DNA of 32,000 nucleotides from an uncultured archaeon. Its GTDB lineage: Archaea; Iainarchaeota; Iainarchaeia; Iainarchaeales; 0-14-0-20-30-16. The notes under the pieces were generated by a model. That model worked only from the letters and a program-made list of their open reading frames with translations, was not told the origin of the DNA and made no database searches. The translations under genes were made by a program, and so were the position numbers. Below, piece by piece: positions 16,652-24,882 of this stretch. Every line of letters begins with the position of its first letter. Positions within the stretch are counted from its first letter, which is position 1. The stretch spans positions 8,300 to 40,299 of the forward strand of contig CAZMGA010000003.1 in NCBI GenBank assembly GCA_964565725.1, given 5' to 3'.

Positions 16652-18940
16652 TTATTTTATGTTAATTTCTGTAGCACTATCTAAATCTTTATTTCTTTCA
16701 ACATAAATTATATTTTTTGCATTGTTTTCTAGATTTATGTCGTGAGTAATTACAAATATTTGTTCTACAAATTTAGGCAAATATTGTGAAAACAAATCTG
16801 ATAAAAAAGATATACTTTTTTTATCTAAGTTGTGGGTTGGTTCATCTAAAACTAATAGATTTAATTTATTTTGCATTACTAAAGACATAGCTATTCTTAA
16901 TGTTAATGCTATTGCACTTCTTTCGCCTCCAGAAATAAATTCATCTAATTCTCTTTTATAATTATTATCAAATTCTAATTCAATCTTATAATCTCCATTA
17001 GAAATATTAAAAGAGATTTTATTAAAATCTTTATATGGATATATGTTTTGCCATAGCTCCATAAAAACAGCGTTTACACTTTTTACTACTAATTCTCTAA
17101 CTTGTTCTTGTGTTTTTTTTGCAACATTAGAAAATATTATTAAATCTTCAACGTATTTTTTTATGATGTTAATTTGTTTTTCAGTTTTATTTTTATTTAA
17201 ATATATTTGATTATATTGTTCTAGCTTAAATAATTCTTCTTTGTGTTGTTTTTCTTTTTCCAAAATAATTTCTTTTTTATATTTTGTTTCTGTTATAATT
17301 TTTTGTAATTCACTTTTAATTACTGCAAATTCTTCAGGATTATATTCAATTTTAGATAATTTTTCATTATTTATTATCAATTCATTTTTTATTTTTTCTA
17401 AATCTTTTTGTTTGTTTTCATAATCATTTATTATTCTCAATTTATTTTCATAATTTTTAACACTGATATCTATATCTTTTAGTTCGTTTTGTATTTTTTC
17501 TAAATTTTCTTTAAAGTTTATTTCTAGTTTAATATTATTTTCTATTTCTGTTTTAAATTTATCTAAATCATTTATTTCTAATTTTGTTTTTTCATATATT
17601 TCTATATTTCTATTATAAAACTCTCTTAATTTATTTTTAGTATCATATGTTTTTTTTAATATTGTATAATTTTCTTTTTCTTTAATTATGTCTATTTCTA
17701 ATTGTTCTTTATTGGTTTTCTTTTTTATAAGAACTTCATTTTTATGATTTAAATTCAATTCTTGATTACATAATGGGCAATTTGCATCACTTTTTTCTAA
17801 TATTTTTAAATCATTTTCCAAAGATTTAATTAATGTTTCATTTTTAGTAATAATTGTTCGCGAGTTTTCAATTTCTAAAACTAATTTATTAACTATATCG
17901 TTGATATCTTTTGGAATTTCTTTTAATAATTCATCCATTGTTTTAAAATCATTTTTTTTATTGTTTAATTCATTTAATTTATTTTGTAAAAACATACTTT
18001 TACTTTTTAAATTATTATAATCTTGTTCTATTTTTAATTTATTTTTTGTATTTTCTTCTTTTATTTTTTTTAAATTATTATAATCTTGTTCTATTTTTAA
18101 TTTGTTTTCTTTTACTTCAAAGGTTTTTAATTCATTTTCTAAATAATTTTGTTTTCCTTTTAAATTGTTTATAGAATTGTTTAATAATTCAAATTCTTGT
18201 TTTTCTTTATTGATTTTTATTTCTAATTCTTTTTTTATTTCTAATTCTTTTTCTGTTTTTTCTAAATGTGTTTTTATAGTTTTTATTTCTTCATTAATTG
18301 TTTTAATTTTTATTTCAATATTGTCTTTATTGTAATTTTCTAATAATTTAGAATATTCATTTATTTTAATTTTTAAATCATCATATTTTATTTTTAGTCT
18401 GTTGCTTATTTGTCGCGCATTAACACTAATAGTATCATAAAAAGAAATGTCAAATAAATTATCAAATAAAATTTTTCTTTCATTTGCAGGTAATTTCAAA
18501 AAATAATCTATTGCATTTTGTTCAGCATAATTTGCTTTCATAAACAAATCTATATTTATTTTTAAGATGTTTTCAATTTCATCATTTACATCAGAAGGTT
18601 TTGGGCCCCTTATCAAATTATTATTTTTATATAATTTGGCTTGGCTACTTTTATTTAAAAATATATTTCTTTCTATTTTGTATAAATCATTATCGACATT
18701 GAATTCTAAAATTACTGTTGCTTCATTTTGTTGTAATGGTTTGCTCATTATTATATCTTTTACAGGAATTTTTTTTGATTTAATGTTTGGGGTTGTACCA
18801 AATAATGCAAAAACTATTGCATCAAATATGCTTGTTTTCCCAGAACCAATATTTCCTACAATTACATTATAACCCGAGTTAAATAATATTTCACTTTGTT
18901 TATGACTCTTCCAGTTTATTAAAATTAGTTTATTTAGCAT
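16652..18940 (-). CDS. rad50: Rad50 DNA double-strand-break repair ATPase
   Basis: N-terminal Walker A VGNIGSGKTSIFDAIVFALFG. Long K/E/N-rich coiled coil. Central zinc hook CPLC (DANCPLCNQEL). C-terminal signature SGGERSAIALTLRIAM, Walker B LLVLDEPTHNLD and H-loop VITHD. Confidence 0.85.
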   Translation of the reverse strand: MLNKLILINWKSHKQSEILFNSGYNVIVGNIGSGKTSIFDAIVFALFGTTPNIKSKKIPVKDIIMSKPLQQNEATVILEFNVDNDLYKIERNIFLNKSSQAKLYKNNNLIRGPKPSDVNDEIENILKINIDLFMKANYAEQNAIDYFLKLPANERKILFDNLFDISFYDTISVNARQISNRLKIKYDDLKIKINEYSKLLENYNKDNIEIKIKTINEEIKTIKTHLEKTEKELEIKKELEIKINKEKQEFELLNNSINNLKGKQNYLENELKTFEVKENKLKIEQDYNNLKKIKEENTKNKLKIEQDYNNLKSKSMFLQNKLNELNNKKNDFKTMDELLKEIPKDINDIVNKLVLEIENSRTIITKNETLIKSLENDLKILEKSDANCPLCNQELNLNHKNEVLIKKKTNKEQLEIDIIKEKENYTILKKTYDTKNKLREFYNRNIEIYEKTKLEINDLDKFKTEIENNIKLEINFKENLEKIQNELKDIDISVKNYENKLRIINDYENKQKDLEKIKNELIINNEKLSKIEYNPEEFAVIKSELQKIITETKYKKEIILEKEKQHKEELFKLEQYNQIYLNKNKTEKQINIIKKYVEDLIIFSNVAKKTQEQVRELVVKSVNAVFMELWQNIYPYKDFNKISFNISNGDYKIELEFDNNYKRELDEFISGGERSAIALTLRIAMSLVMQNKLNLLVLDEPTHNLDKKSISFLSDLFSQYLPKFVEQIFVITHDINLENNAKNIIYVERNKDLDSATEINIK
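18004..18103 (-). repeat. Perfect 37-nt direct repeat x2 with 63-nt period inside the rad50 coiled-coil region
   Basis: tttttaaattattataatcttgttctatttttaattt occurs at 18004-18040 and again at 18067-18103. It encodes the duplicated peptide KLKIEQDYNNLK, spaced 21 aa apart. Confidence 0.9.
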
Positions 18941-18964
18941 ATATTATAAATATTAAAAGTGTTT

Positions 18965-19807
18965 TTAAATATTAATATTTAATATGCCAAAAGCATATGC
19001 TGCTGCTTGATTTGCTCTTAAAGGTTCTGAACTTTTAGGTCCTAAATATATAGTTATATTACAATTATCTAAAGTTTCTTTTAATAACCCTCTATTTTCA
19101 TTTCCAAATAATAACATTATTTTATTATTGTTTATTTTCAATAATGTTTTTTCATTATTTTGTCCCCACAAACTAAAGCCTATTAAATAATAATCTTTTA
19201 TTTCATTTAAATTTTTAATAATTTTGTATTTGATTTTATTTGATTTAAATAATTTTTTTGCAGATGTTATTTCTTTATCAATATTGTTTTCATTTTTGAA
19301 AAAAACATCGCAATTTAAAGCAACACCTAATCTTAAAAAATCAGCAATTTCTTGAACATTATTTGAATTTTCCAATAATATACTAATATTTTTATTTTCT
19401 TTTATTTCTGAGATTATTCTTCCAATTCTACAATATGTTTTATTTAACCTAAATTTAGATTCTAAATATAATATTATACCTTTATTATCAAAATTATTTT
19501 TTCTTAAAAATCTATCCTCTATTGCTTTTTTGTGAAAATTTAAATCCTTTTTTATTTTTGTATTTATTTGTTTTATTTTGTATTTACTGATTTTATCTAT
19601 TATGTTAGAAATGGTATCTACTTCAAATTCATCATATAATTCTATTATTTGTGAAATACCATTAAAAAAATTAGGTTTTGAATAAAATAAAATATTTTTG
19701 TAATTCCAATCATCTATTTTATATTTTATGTTTTTTTGTTTTAATTGTTTTAAAATATTTTGAAATTCTTCGTTGGAAATATTTCTATTAATAGTTACTA
19801 AAAACAT
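18965..19807 (-). CDS. SPOUT (SpoU/TrmH-like) RNA methyltransferase with unassigned N-terminal domain
   Basis: C-terminal half shows SpoU-like motifs: ISILLENSNNVQEIADFLRLGVALNCDV, MLLFGNENRGLLKETL, and the knot region EPLRANQAAAYAFGIL. Confidence 0.55.
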   Translation of the reverse strand: MFLVTINRNISNEEFQNILKQLKQKNIKYKIDDWNYKNILFYSKPNFFNGISQIIELYDEFEVDTISNIIDKISKYKIKQINTKIKKDLNFHKKAIEDRFLRKNNFDNKGIILYLESKFRLNKTYCRIGRIISEIKENKNISILLENSNNVQEIADFLRLGVALNCDVFFKNENNIDKEITSAKKLFKSNKIKYKIIKNLNEIKDYYLIGFSLWGQNNEKTLLKINNNKIMLLFGNENRGLLKETLDNCNITIYLGPKSSEPLRANQAAAYAFGILNINI

Positions 19808-19811
19808 TTTA

Positions 19812-20576
19812 TCATCTAATATATGTCGGTTTAATGTCTTCTATGATTTCATTTGTGGTTGCTTTTTTTAATTCTTCTACAACTTTTTTAAAAGCTTTAG
19901 ATATTTTTTTTGCTTCGTTTTCTAAATCTTTTAAATTTATTTTAAATTTAAACTGTTTTTGTAATATTAATATTATTTCTTTTGCACTTTCAAAATCTCC
20001 ATATATTTTTGAAGATGTTTCTCCTAATAAGCAAATTGAAGGTATTTTTAATTTTTCACAATCAATTAAAGTTAAGCCAGCAATTCCAGAAATAGTTGTA
20101 TTTTTTGAAGGGTTATTTAATGTTTTTTCAATATCTTTTTTTTGAAAATAAGAATTAATTACATAAGTTATTTTTGGTTTTTTTGTAATTCTTGAATCTC
20201 CTATATTCATTCCTGCAAATGTGTATACTTTTTTAGCATTTATACTTTTGCAAAATTCAGAAATTTCTTTAGAAAACTTATAATGACTTTTAAATGCGAT
20301 AGCATCATCTAAATCTGGTTGAAAATCTCCAGCTATAAATACAAAATCATTATTTTTATTTTTGTATGTGTAAATTTCGTCTCCATATTCTTTTATATTT
20401 CCTTTTTCATCAACAAAAATCATTGGTGGAAAATAATCTCCAACTATAGTGCCAATTTTTTTTGCTTTAAGTTCTTTAATTAAAGTATCTATAGTTATTT
20501 TACCAACTAAACCAATTCCGGGCAAACCTATAAATACAATAGGATTATTTAATTTAGTATTTTTTAAAGTAATCAT
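19812..20576 (-). CDS. PAC2-family (proteasome assembly chaperone-like) protein
   Basis: N-terminal IVFIGLPGIGLVGKITIDTLIKEL is the hallmark PAC2/COG1938 motif. ATG 20576 (AAGGGAT-N3-ATG, just after the aIF2-alpha stop) is preferred to the overlapping ATG 20591. Confidence 0.6.
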   Translation of the reverse strand: MITLKNTKLNNPIVFIGLPGIGLVGKITIDTLIKELKAKKIGTIVGDYFPPMIFVDEKGNIKEYGDEIYTYKNKNNDFVFIAGDFQPDLDDAIAFKSHYKFSKEISEFCKSINAKKVYTFAGMNIGDSRITKKPKITYVINSYFQKKDIEKTLNNPSKNTTISGIAGLTLIDCEKLKIPSICLLGETSSKIYGDFESAKEIILILQKQFKFKINLKDLENEAKKISKAFKKVVEELKKATTNEIIEDIKPTYIR

Positions 20577-20577
20577 T

Positions 20578-21345
20578 TTATCCCTTAGCATTTCTTTTAA
20601 TTTCTATTGTGCCAATTTTCTTAAAATATTTTTCTAAATATTCATTTATTTTTGTTAAATATTTTTCAATTGTTTTGTAATCTTTTCCATGAGATTTTAT
20701 TAAATACTTTCCATTTCCTATATATGTTATTTCTGTTTCTATACTTTTATCTATAGGCATTTCTTTAAAACCAATTTTAATTAAATCTAATCCATTTTCT
20801 TTTTCTGTTTCTATTCTAACAACTTCCAATATGTTTTTGTCATTTATTGTTATATTTTTATCTATTATTTTATATAAAGCATCTCTATATTCTTCAGGAA
20901 TTTCAGGAATATAATCTTTACCATATCTCTTTAAATCTTGAAATGCTTCAAAAACTGAATTATATTTTTCTAAAATTGGGTCTGTGATTTTAGACCAAAT
21001 ATTATCTAAATTTTTGTTTAATTCGTTTGCAACCAATGTTAACAATTGTTGTACTCTTTTAGTTTGTCGCCATTCCGATAATGTTTGTTCTTCTTTTTGT
21101 TTTTGAACCATGGCAAAAGAACAATTTATTTGATTTTTTTCTCTATTTAAATATATCACTTTTGCAACTCTAATTTGTCCTATTTTTACAAAATTTCTAA
21201 TGTTTTTTATCCATCTTGCTGCAACTTGTGCTAAAGGAACAAATCCTGTTTCTCCAGGATATTCTTCTAATTTTACTTCTACACCATAATCGTAAATTTT
21301 TTCAACAGTTACAACTATGAATTCATCTTTTTCGGGCATATTCAT
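20578..21345 (-). CDS. eif2a: Translation initiation factor aIF2 alpha subunit
   Basis: N-terminal S1 domain (EFIVVTVEKIYDYGVEVKLEEYPGETGFVPLAQVAARWIKNIRNFVKIGQIRVAKV), followed by helical and alpha-beta domains of the right length (255 aa). Confidence 0.9.
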   Translation of the reverse strand: MNMPEKDEFIVVTVEKIYDYGVEVKLEEYPGETGFVPLAQVAARWIKNIRNFVKIGQIRVAKVIYLNREKNQINCSFAMVQKQKEEQTLSEWRQTKRVQQLLTLVANELNKNLDNIWSKITDPILEKYNSVFEAFQDLKRYGKDYIPEIPEEYRDALYKIIDKNITINDKNILEVVRIETEKENGLDLIKIGFKEMPIDKSIETEITYIGNGKYLIKSHGKDYKTIEKYLTKINEYLEKYFKKIGTIEIKRNAKG

Positions 21346-21348
21346 ATT

Positions 21349-21353
21349 ATCAC
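21349..21353 (-). promoter_or_regulatory. GTGAT-N3-ATG ribosome-binding motif before aIF2-alpha
   Basis: Minus strand reads TAAGTGATaatATG. The TAA is the stop of the GINS-like gene. Confidence 0.5.
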
Positions 21354-21896
21354 TTATATTATTTCTTTTCCTATATTTTTTTTAATAAAAATTTTAGCAA
21401 TTGATTCTATTATTTCAATTTCTTCATCTTTAGAATAAGGGCCATATTCTTTCATATCTGTGCCTATAAATTTAGGAATGTCTTGTAAAATTTTTAATTT
21501 AATATTTTTTTGTATTTCTTCAGTTATTTTTTCTTCAAATGAAGATTTTACTAATTGTTGATAATTATATAACAAATTTACTAATTTATAATATATTTTT
21601 TGTTCTTCTAAAGTCATATTTTTTAAATCATCTTCACCATTTTTTGTTTTTAATATTGCTTTATTTAATATTTTCTTCTCTCTAGAATAGATTATGTCAT
21701 CTAACATAGTTTTGATATTATTTATGTTTCTTACAATTCTGTCATCTAAACTTTTTTTTATGTCTGTTAATTTTGATTTTTCTGTTTCTATAAATTCTGG
21801 TAATTCATTAAAAAAATCATCTTCTATTTTTACTAAGTTTGGGGAATCTTTTTCTTGTCTATGAATTTTTCGTATTAATTCATATGATAATTTCAT
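21354..21896 (-). CDS. Probable GINS subunit (Gins51/Gins15-like)
   Basis: ~180-aa helical protein lying directly between priS and aIF2-alpha, the conserved archaeal position of gins15. N-terminal LSYELIRKIHRQEKDSPNLVKIEDDFFNEL resembles the GINS A-domain start. The assignment rests mainly on context and size. Confidence 0.5.
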   Translation of the reverse strand: MKLSYELIRKIHRQEKDSPNLVKIEDDFFNELPEFIETEKSKLTDIKKSLDDRIVRNINNIKTMLDDIIYSREKKILNKAILKTKNGEDDLKNMTLEEQKIYYKLVNLLYNYQQLVKSSFEEKITEEIQKNIKLKILQDIPKFIGTDMKEYGPYSKDEEIEIIESIAKIFIKKNIGKEII

Positions 21897-23109
21897 CTGC
21901 AGCCCCCCTAGCTAAAAAATATAATGCAATTGTTATAGGTAATTCTACAATTTCATCATTATAAGGTCCATATTGTATCCTATTTAATAATAATCTTGGA
22001 ACTTTTTTTAAATGAATCTTTAAAGTTTCTTCCTTTAGGGGTAATTTTGCATCACTAAATGGTTGAAAAGTATTTAATTCTTCAAAAGTTAATGATTTTG
22101 ATATTAACATAGCCCCACCATGAATTGTTTCGGGACATCTAATTATTTTGTGCATATCTATTGATGTTTGTTTATCTATATATAATTTTTGCAAATCCTT
22201 GATTTTCTCTAATAAGGCATACCACAATTCTTCAGATTCGCTTTTTAATTTATATAATTTATTTTTTTCTAAAAGTTGTAAAATTTCTTGTTTATTCTTC
22301 AAAATTTTATTAATTACTGTTTTGGATGCTAAACCATCAAAATAATTTAATAATGTTTCTTCATTTGAATTTTCAATAATGCTTTTTAAATAATTTAAAT
22401 ATTTTTGGGATTTGCCAATATTTTTTCCATTAAAATCTATACTACCTTTTTTATTTGAGACAAATCCAATTTCTTTAAAGTTTAAGTTTTCTTCTATAAA
22501 ATAGTCTAAAAGATCTAATCTTTCTGATTTTTTTAAATAGGCTATTTTTTCAGAAACTATTTTTGTGTGATATCCTTTATGACCTGAAAAAGTAAATTTT
22601 ATTTCATTATCTTCAAAATTAAATTCATGTGTTAAAATATTGTATAATTTTATTGTTTGTTTTTTTGTTGCTTCTAAACATTTATCACAAATCCATTCAC
22701 TTATTTTTGTTTGACTATTACATTTTGGACATCGTCTTATGTTTCCTTGTCCCGATTCATTACATTTATCACAATACCAACTATCATGTATTTTTTTGCA
22801 AGGTGTTGGAATATCATCTGCATCATATTCTAATAAAAAATCACTTTTTATAATTTTTTTTTCTATTGTAGGAGTTTTGTCTGGATATTCGTATTGTGCC
22901 ATAGAATAAGACAAATAAAATGGAACTTTGGTTCTTAAAAAAGTATTTAAATCATAATTATCTTTAAAAGAAATATTTCTATTTGCAATTTTTCTATTAT
23001 AAATTCCATATCCTATTTCTCTTTTTTCTATGTTATCAATAGTTATAAAGTTGTTGTTATAATATTCTTGAATTTTGCTTTTAAGATAATTTTCTATATT
23101 TACAGGCAT
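21880..23109 (-). CDS. priS: DNA primase small (catalytic) subunit PriS
   Basis: Catalytic acidic motif LLEYDADDI, zinc-knuckle cluster CKKIHDSWYCDKC...CPKC...CDKC, and the FSGHKGYHT (SGxxGYH) motif of archaeo-eukaryotic primases. Confidence 0.85.
   Translation of the reverse strand: MPVNIENYLKSKIQEYYNNNFITIDNIEKREIGYGIYNRKIANRNISFKDNYDLNTFLRTKVPFYLSYSMAQYEYPDKTPTIEKKIIKSDFLLEYDADDIPTPCKKIHDSWYCDKCNESGQGNIRRCPKCNSQTKISEWICDKCLEATKKQTIKLYNILTHEFNFEDNEIKFTFSGHKGYHTKIVSEKIAYLKKSERLDLLDYFIEENLNFKEIGFVSNKKGSIDFNGKNIGKSQKYLNYLKSIIENSNEETLLNYFDGLASKTVINKILKNKQEILQLLEKNKLYKLKSESEELWYALLEKIKDLQKLYIDKQTSIDMHKIIRCPETIHGGAMLISKSLTFEELNTFQPFSDAKLPLKEETLKIHLKKVPRLLLNRIQYGPYNDEIVELPITIALYFLARGAADEIII
21903..21908 (-). 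promoter_or_regulatory. GGGGGG SD-like run 6 nt upstream of the GINS-like ATG, inside the priS 3' end
   Basis: Plus-strand cccccc at 21903-21908, the most G/C-rich spot in the neighbourhood. It sits in the 17-nt priS/GINS overlap region. Confidence 0.35.
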
Positions 23110-23130
23110 ATTATATATAATACTTAATAA

Positions 23131-23138
23131 TATATAAA
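23131..23138 (-). promoter_or_regulatory. TATA-box-like TTTATATA (minus strand) ~29 nt upstream of the priS ATG
   Basis: Plus-strand tatataaa at 23131-23138. No SD motif before ATG 23109. priS is the first gene of the long minus-strand gene string. Confidence 0.4.
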
Positions 23139-23165
23139 ATTTGTTGTGCCTATTTTGCTTACATA

Positions 23166-23173
23166 TTTAAAAA
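23166..23173 (+). promoter_or_regulatory. TATA-box-like TTTAAAAA 28 nt upstream of mini-PK ATG 23194
   Basis: Same geometry as the herA and priS candidates. It lies in the divergent intergenic region shared with priS. Confidence 0.35.
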
Positions 23174-23193
23174 TAAATCTCTTTTATTATAAT

Positions 23194-23895
23194 ATGATTA
23201 AAATTATTGCGACAATTGGTCCAAGTACTTTAGATTACAATATTTTAAAAGAAATTATTAAATTAGGAGTAGATATTGTAAGAATTAATACAAAATATGG
23301 AGATTTTAAACAATATTATAATATAATAGAAAATGTGAAGAAAATAAATTTAGAATTAAAAAGAAAATGTAAAGTTTTAATTGATGTTAAAAAGAAAAAA
23401 TCTTTAACCTGTCTTCAAAATATAAAATTTGATTATTTGGCAATTGCTTTTACTGATTCTGTTATAAAAATAAATGAGTATAAAAATAAACTAAATAATC
23501 CAAAAGTAAAAATTGTTTCAAAAATAGAAAATAAAAAAGGTCTAATTAATTTAAATGATATAATATTAAATTCTGATGCTTTAATGGTTGCAAGAGGGGA
23601 TTTAGGGAAGCATACCCCCTTACAAAAATTGCCTTTGAGACAAAAAGAAATAATTAAATTATGTAAAAAAAATAATTGTTTTGTTATTGTCGCTACAGAA
23701 ATGTTATTGTCTATGCAACATAATAGAAAACCTACTAGGGCTGAAGTTTCTGATGTGGCTAATGCCGTTATAGATGGTGCTGATGCTGTAATGCTATCTG
23801 AAGAAACCACTATTGGTAAATATCCTATTGAAACTGTGAAATTTATGAAAAGTGTAATAATAGAAACAGAAAAATGGATTAAAAAAAATAATTAA
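23194..23895 (+). CDS. Pyruvate kinase-like protein consisting of the A (TIM-barrel) domain only; B and C domains absent
   Basis: PK-specific motifs in order: IIATIGPST, GVDIVRINTKYG, VSKIENKKGL, ALMVARGDLG, ATEMLLSM, PTRAEVSDVANAVIDGADAVMLSEETTIGKYPIETV. Only 233 aa. ATG 23194 with an upstream TATA-like box is preferred to GTG 23146. Confidence 0.7.
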   Translation: MIKIIATIGPSTLDYNILKEIIKLGVDIVRINTKYGDFKQYYNIIENVKKINLELKRKCKVLIDVKKKKSLTCLQNIKFDYLAIAFTDSVIKINEYKNKLNNPKVKIVSKIENKKGLINLNDIILNSDALMVARGDLGKHTPLQKLPLRQKEIIKLCKKNNCFVIVATEMLLSMQHNRKPTRAEVSDVANAVIDGADAVMLSEETTIGKYPIETVKFMKSVIIETEKWIKKNN

Positions 23896-23898
23896 AGT

Positions 23899-24723
23899 TT
23901 ATTCTTTTTTAAATGCAAATTTAACAAATAATAATATAATTCCTATTGCTACAAATATTCCAGAATATATTATTAAGTTATTAAATAAAGCTGTGAAAAC
24001 AGGGTTTAAAGATTGAATTAATTCTTGAGGAAAATTTAATTCTTTAATTAATATTAAACTACTTTTAGACAATATAATTCCAAAAACAAATAATGGTGCC
24101 GACCCAAGTAATAAATAAGTACCTACCCAATTCATTATTGATCTTATATTTCTTATAATTAATATTGCAATGATTATAAAAATTATGCTAATGATTGTTG
24201 CTAATAAAGAAATTAATTTTATTAAATTAATGCTTTTTTTTACATTGTCTAAATTTTTTATTAATTCCAATTTTAAATTTTCTAATTGTAAATTTAATTC
24301 TGATTTCATTTTAGGATAATTATCTTCAAAATAAGAATTAATTTGATCTTCGCTTAAATTTTCAGAATCTGGATTATTTTCTAATTCTTTTAAGGCCATT
24401 GTTTTTAATATTGGTTTTAGTATTTCATCTTCAGGAAGCTCTATTATTAATTCATTTTTATTATTAATATAATCAAAAATATTATCTAACCAATTATATG
24501 ATACTTCTAATAATAAATTAGATGTATTTTCATCAAAATTGGTTTGATTGCCTGATTCACTTAAATTTTTAGTAAAAGAATCTAATACAATTGGCATTAA
24601 TGGTTTGTAAGTATCTGAATTTAATACGCTTGTGTTTACAGAATACCATGTTAAAGCAAAAGGAAAAGTAAACATAAATAAAAAGGCAATTAAACCCAAA
24701 ATCAATTTTTTCCAATTATCCAT
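23899..24723 (-). CDS. Polytopic membrane protein, unknown function
   Basis: N-terminal TM LILGLIAFLFMFTFPFAL, an acidic extracytoplasmic ~140-aa region, then three C-terminal TMs (LISLLATIISIIFIIIAILII, YLLLGSAPLFVFGIIL, LIIYSGIFVAIGIILLFV). Confidence 0.5.
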   Translation of the reverse strand: MDNWKKLILGLIAFLFMFTFPFALTWYSVNTSVLNSDTYKPLMPIVLDSFTKNLSESGNQTNFDENTSNLLLEVSYNWLDNIFDYINNKNELIIELPEDEILKPILKTMALKELENNPDSENLSEDQINSYFEDNYPKMKSELNLQLENLKLELIKNLDNVKKSINLIKLISLLATIISIIFIIIAILIIRNIRSIMNWVGTYLLLGSAPLFVFGIILSKSSLILIKELNFPQELIQSLNPVFTALFNNLIIYSGIFVAIGIILLFVKFAFKKE

Positions 24724-24882
24724 AAATAATGTATAACAAAAACTATATATATCTTTTTTTATTATAAGATTATTAATTTTGTAAGTAAAATTATAATAGG
24801 TTTTTTTATTAATTATATTAGAAATAGTATTAACTTATTTTTATCTTGCATAAAATTATTAAAAACTTAAAAAGTATTTTTT

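Noticed and set aside
17200-18400. Periodic AT-rich repetitiveness that could be mistaken for a CRISPR-like or satellite array.
   Set aside because: It lies inside the Rad50 coiled-coil coding region and reflects heptad-biased K/E/N/I/L codons. There are no conserved direct repeats with unique spacers, apart from the single 63-nt duplication reported separately.
5212-18940. herA and rad50 as parts of one dispersed but co-regulated herA-nurA-mre11-rad50 operon.
   Set aside because: They are 10 kb apart on opposite strands, separated by unrelated housekeeping genes. No nurA-like or mre11-like motifs (for example the phosphoesterase DxH/GDxxD/GNHD motifs) occur in any ORF in the window.
21880-21896. 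The 17-nt priS/GINS overlap as a programmed frameshift or a split fusion gene.
   Set aside because: Both ORFs have their own complete termini. A G6 SD-like run sits 6 nt upstream of the GINS ATG, and there is no slippery heptamer. Ordinary overlapping translational coupling is sufficient.
23146-23193. A 16-codon N-terminal extension of the PK-like ORF from GTG 23146.
   Set aside because: The extension (MPILLTYLKINLFYYN) is not part of the PK fold. It would also overlap the TATA-like box at 23166-23173. ATG 23194 begins exactly at the conserved IIATIGPS strand.
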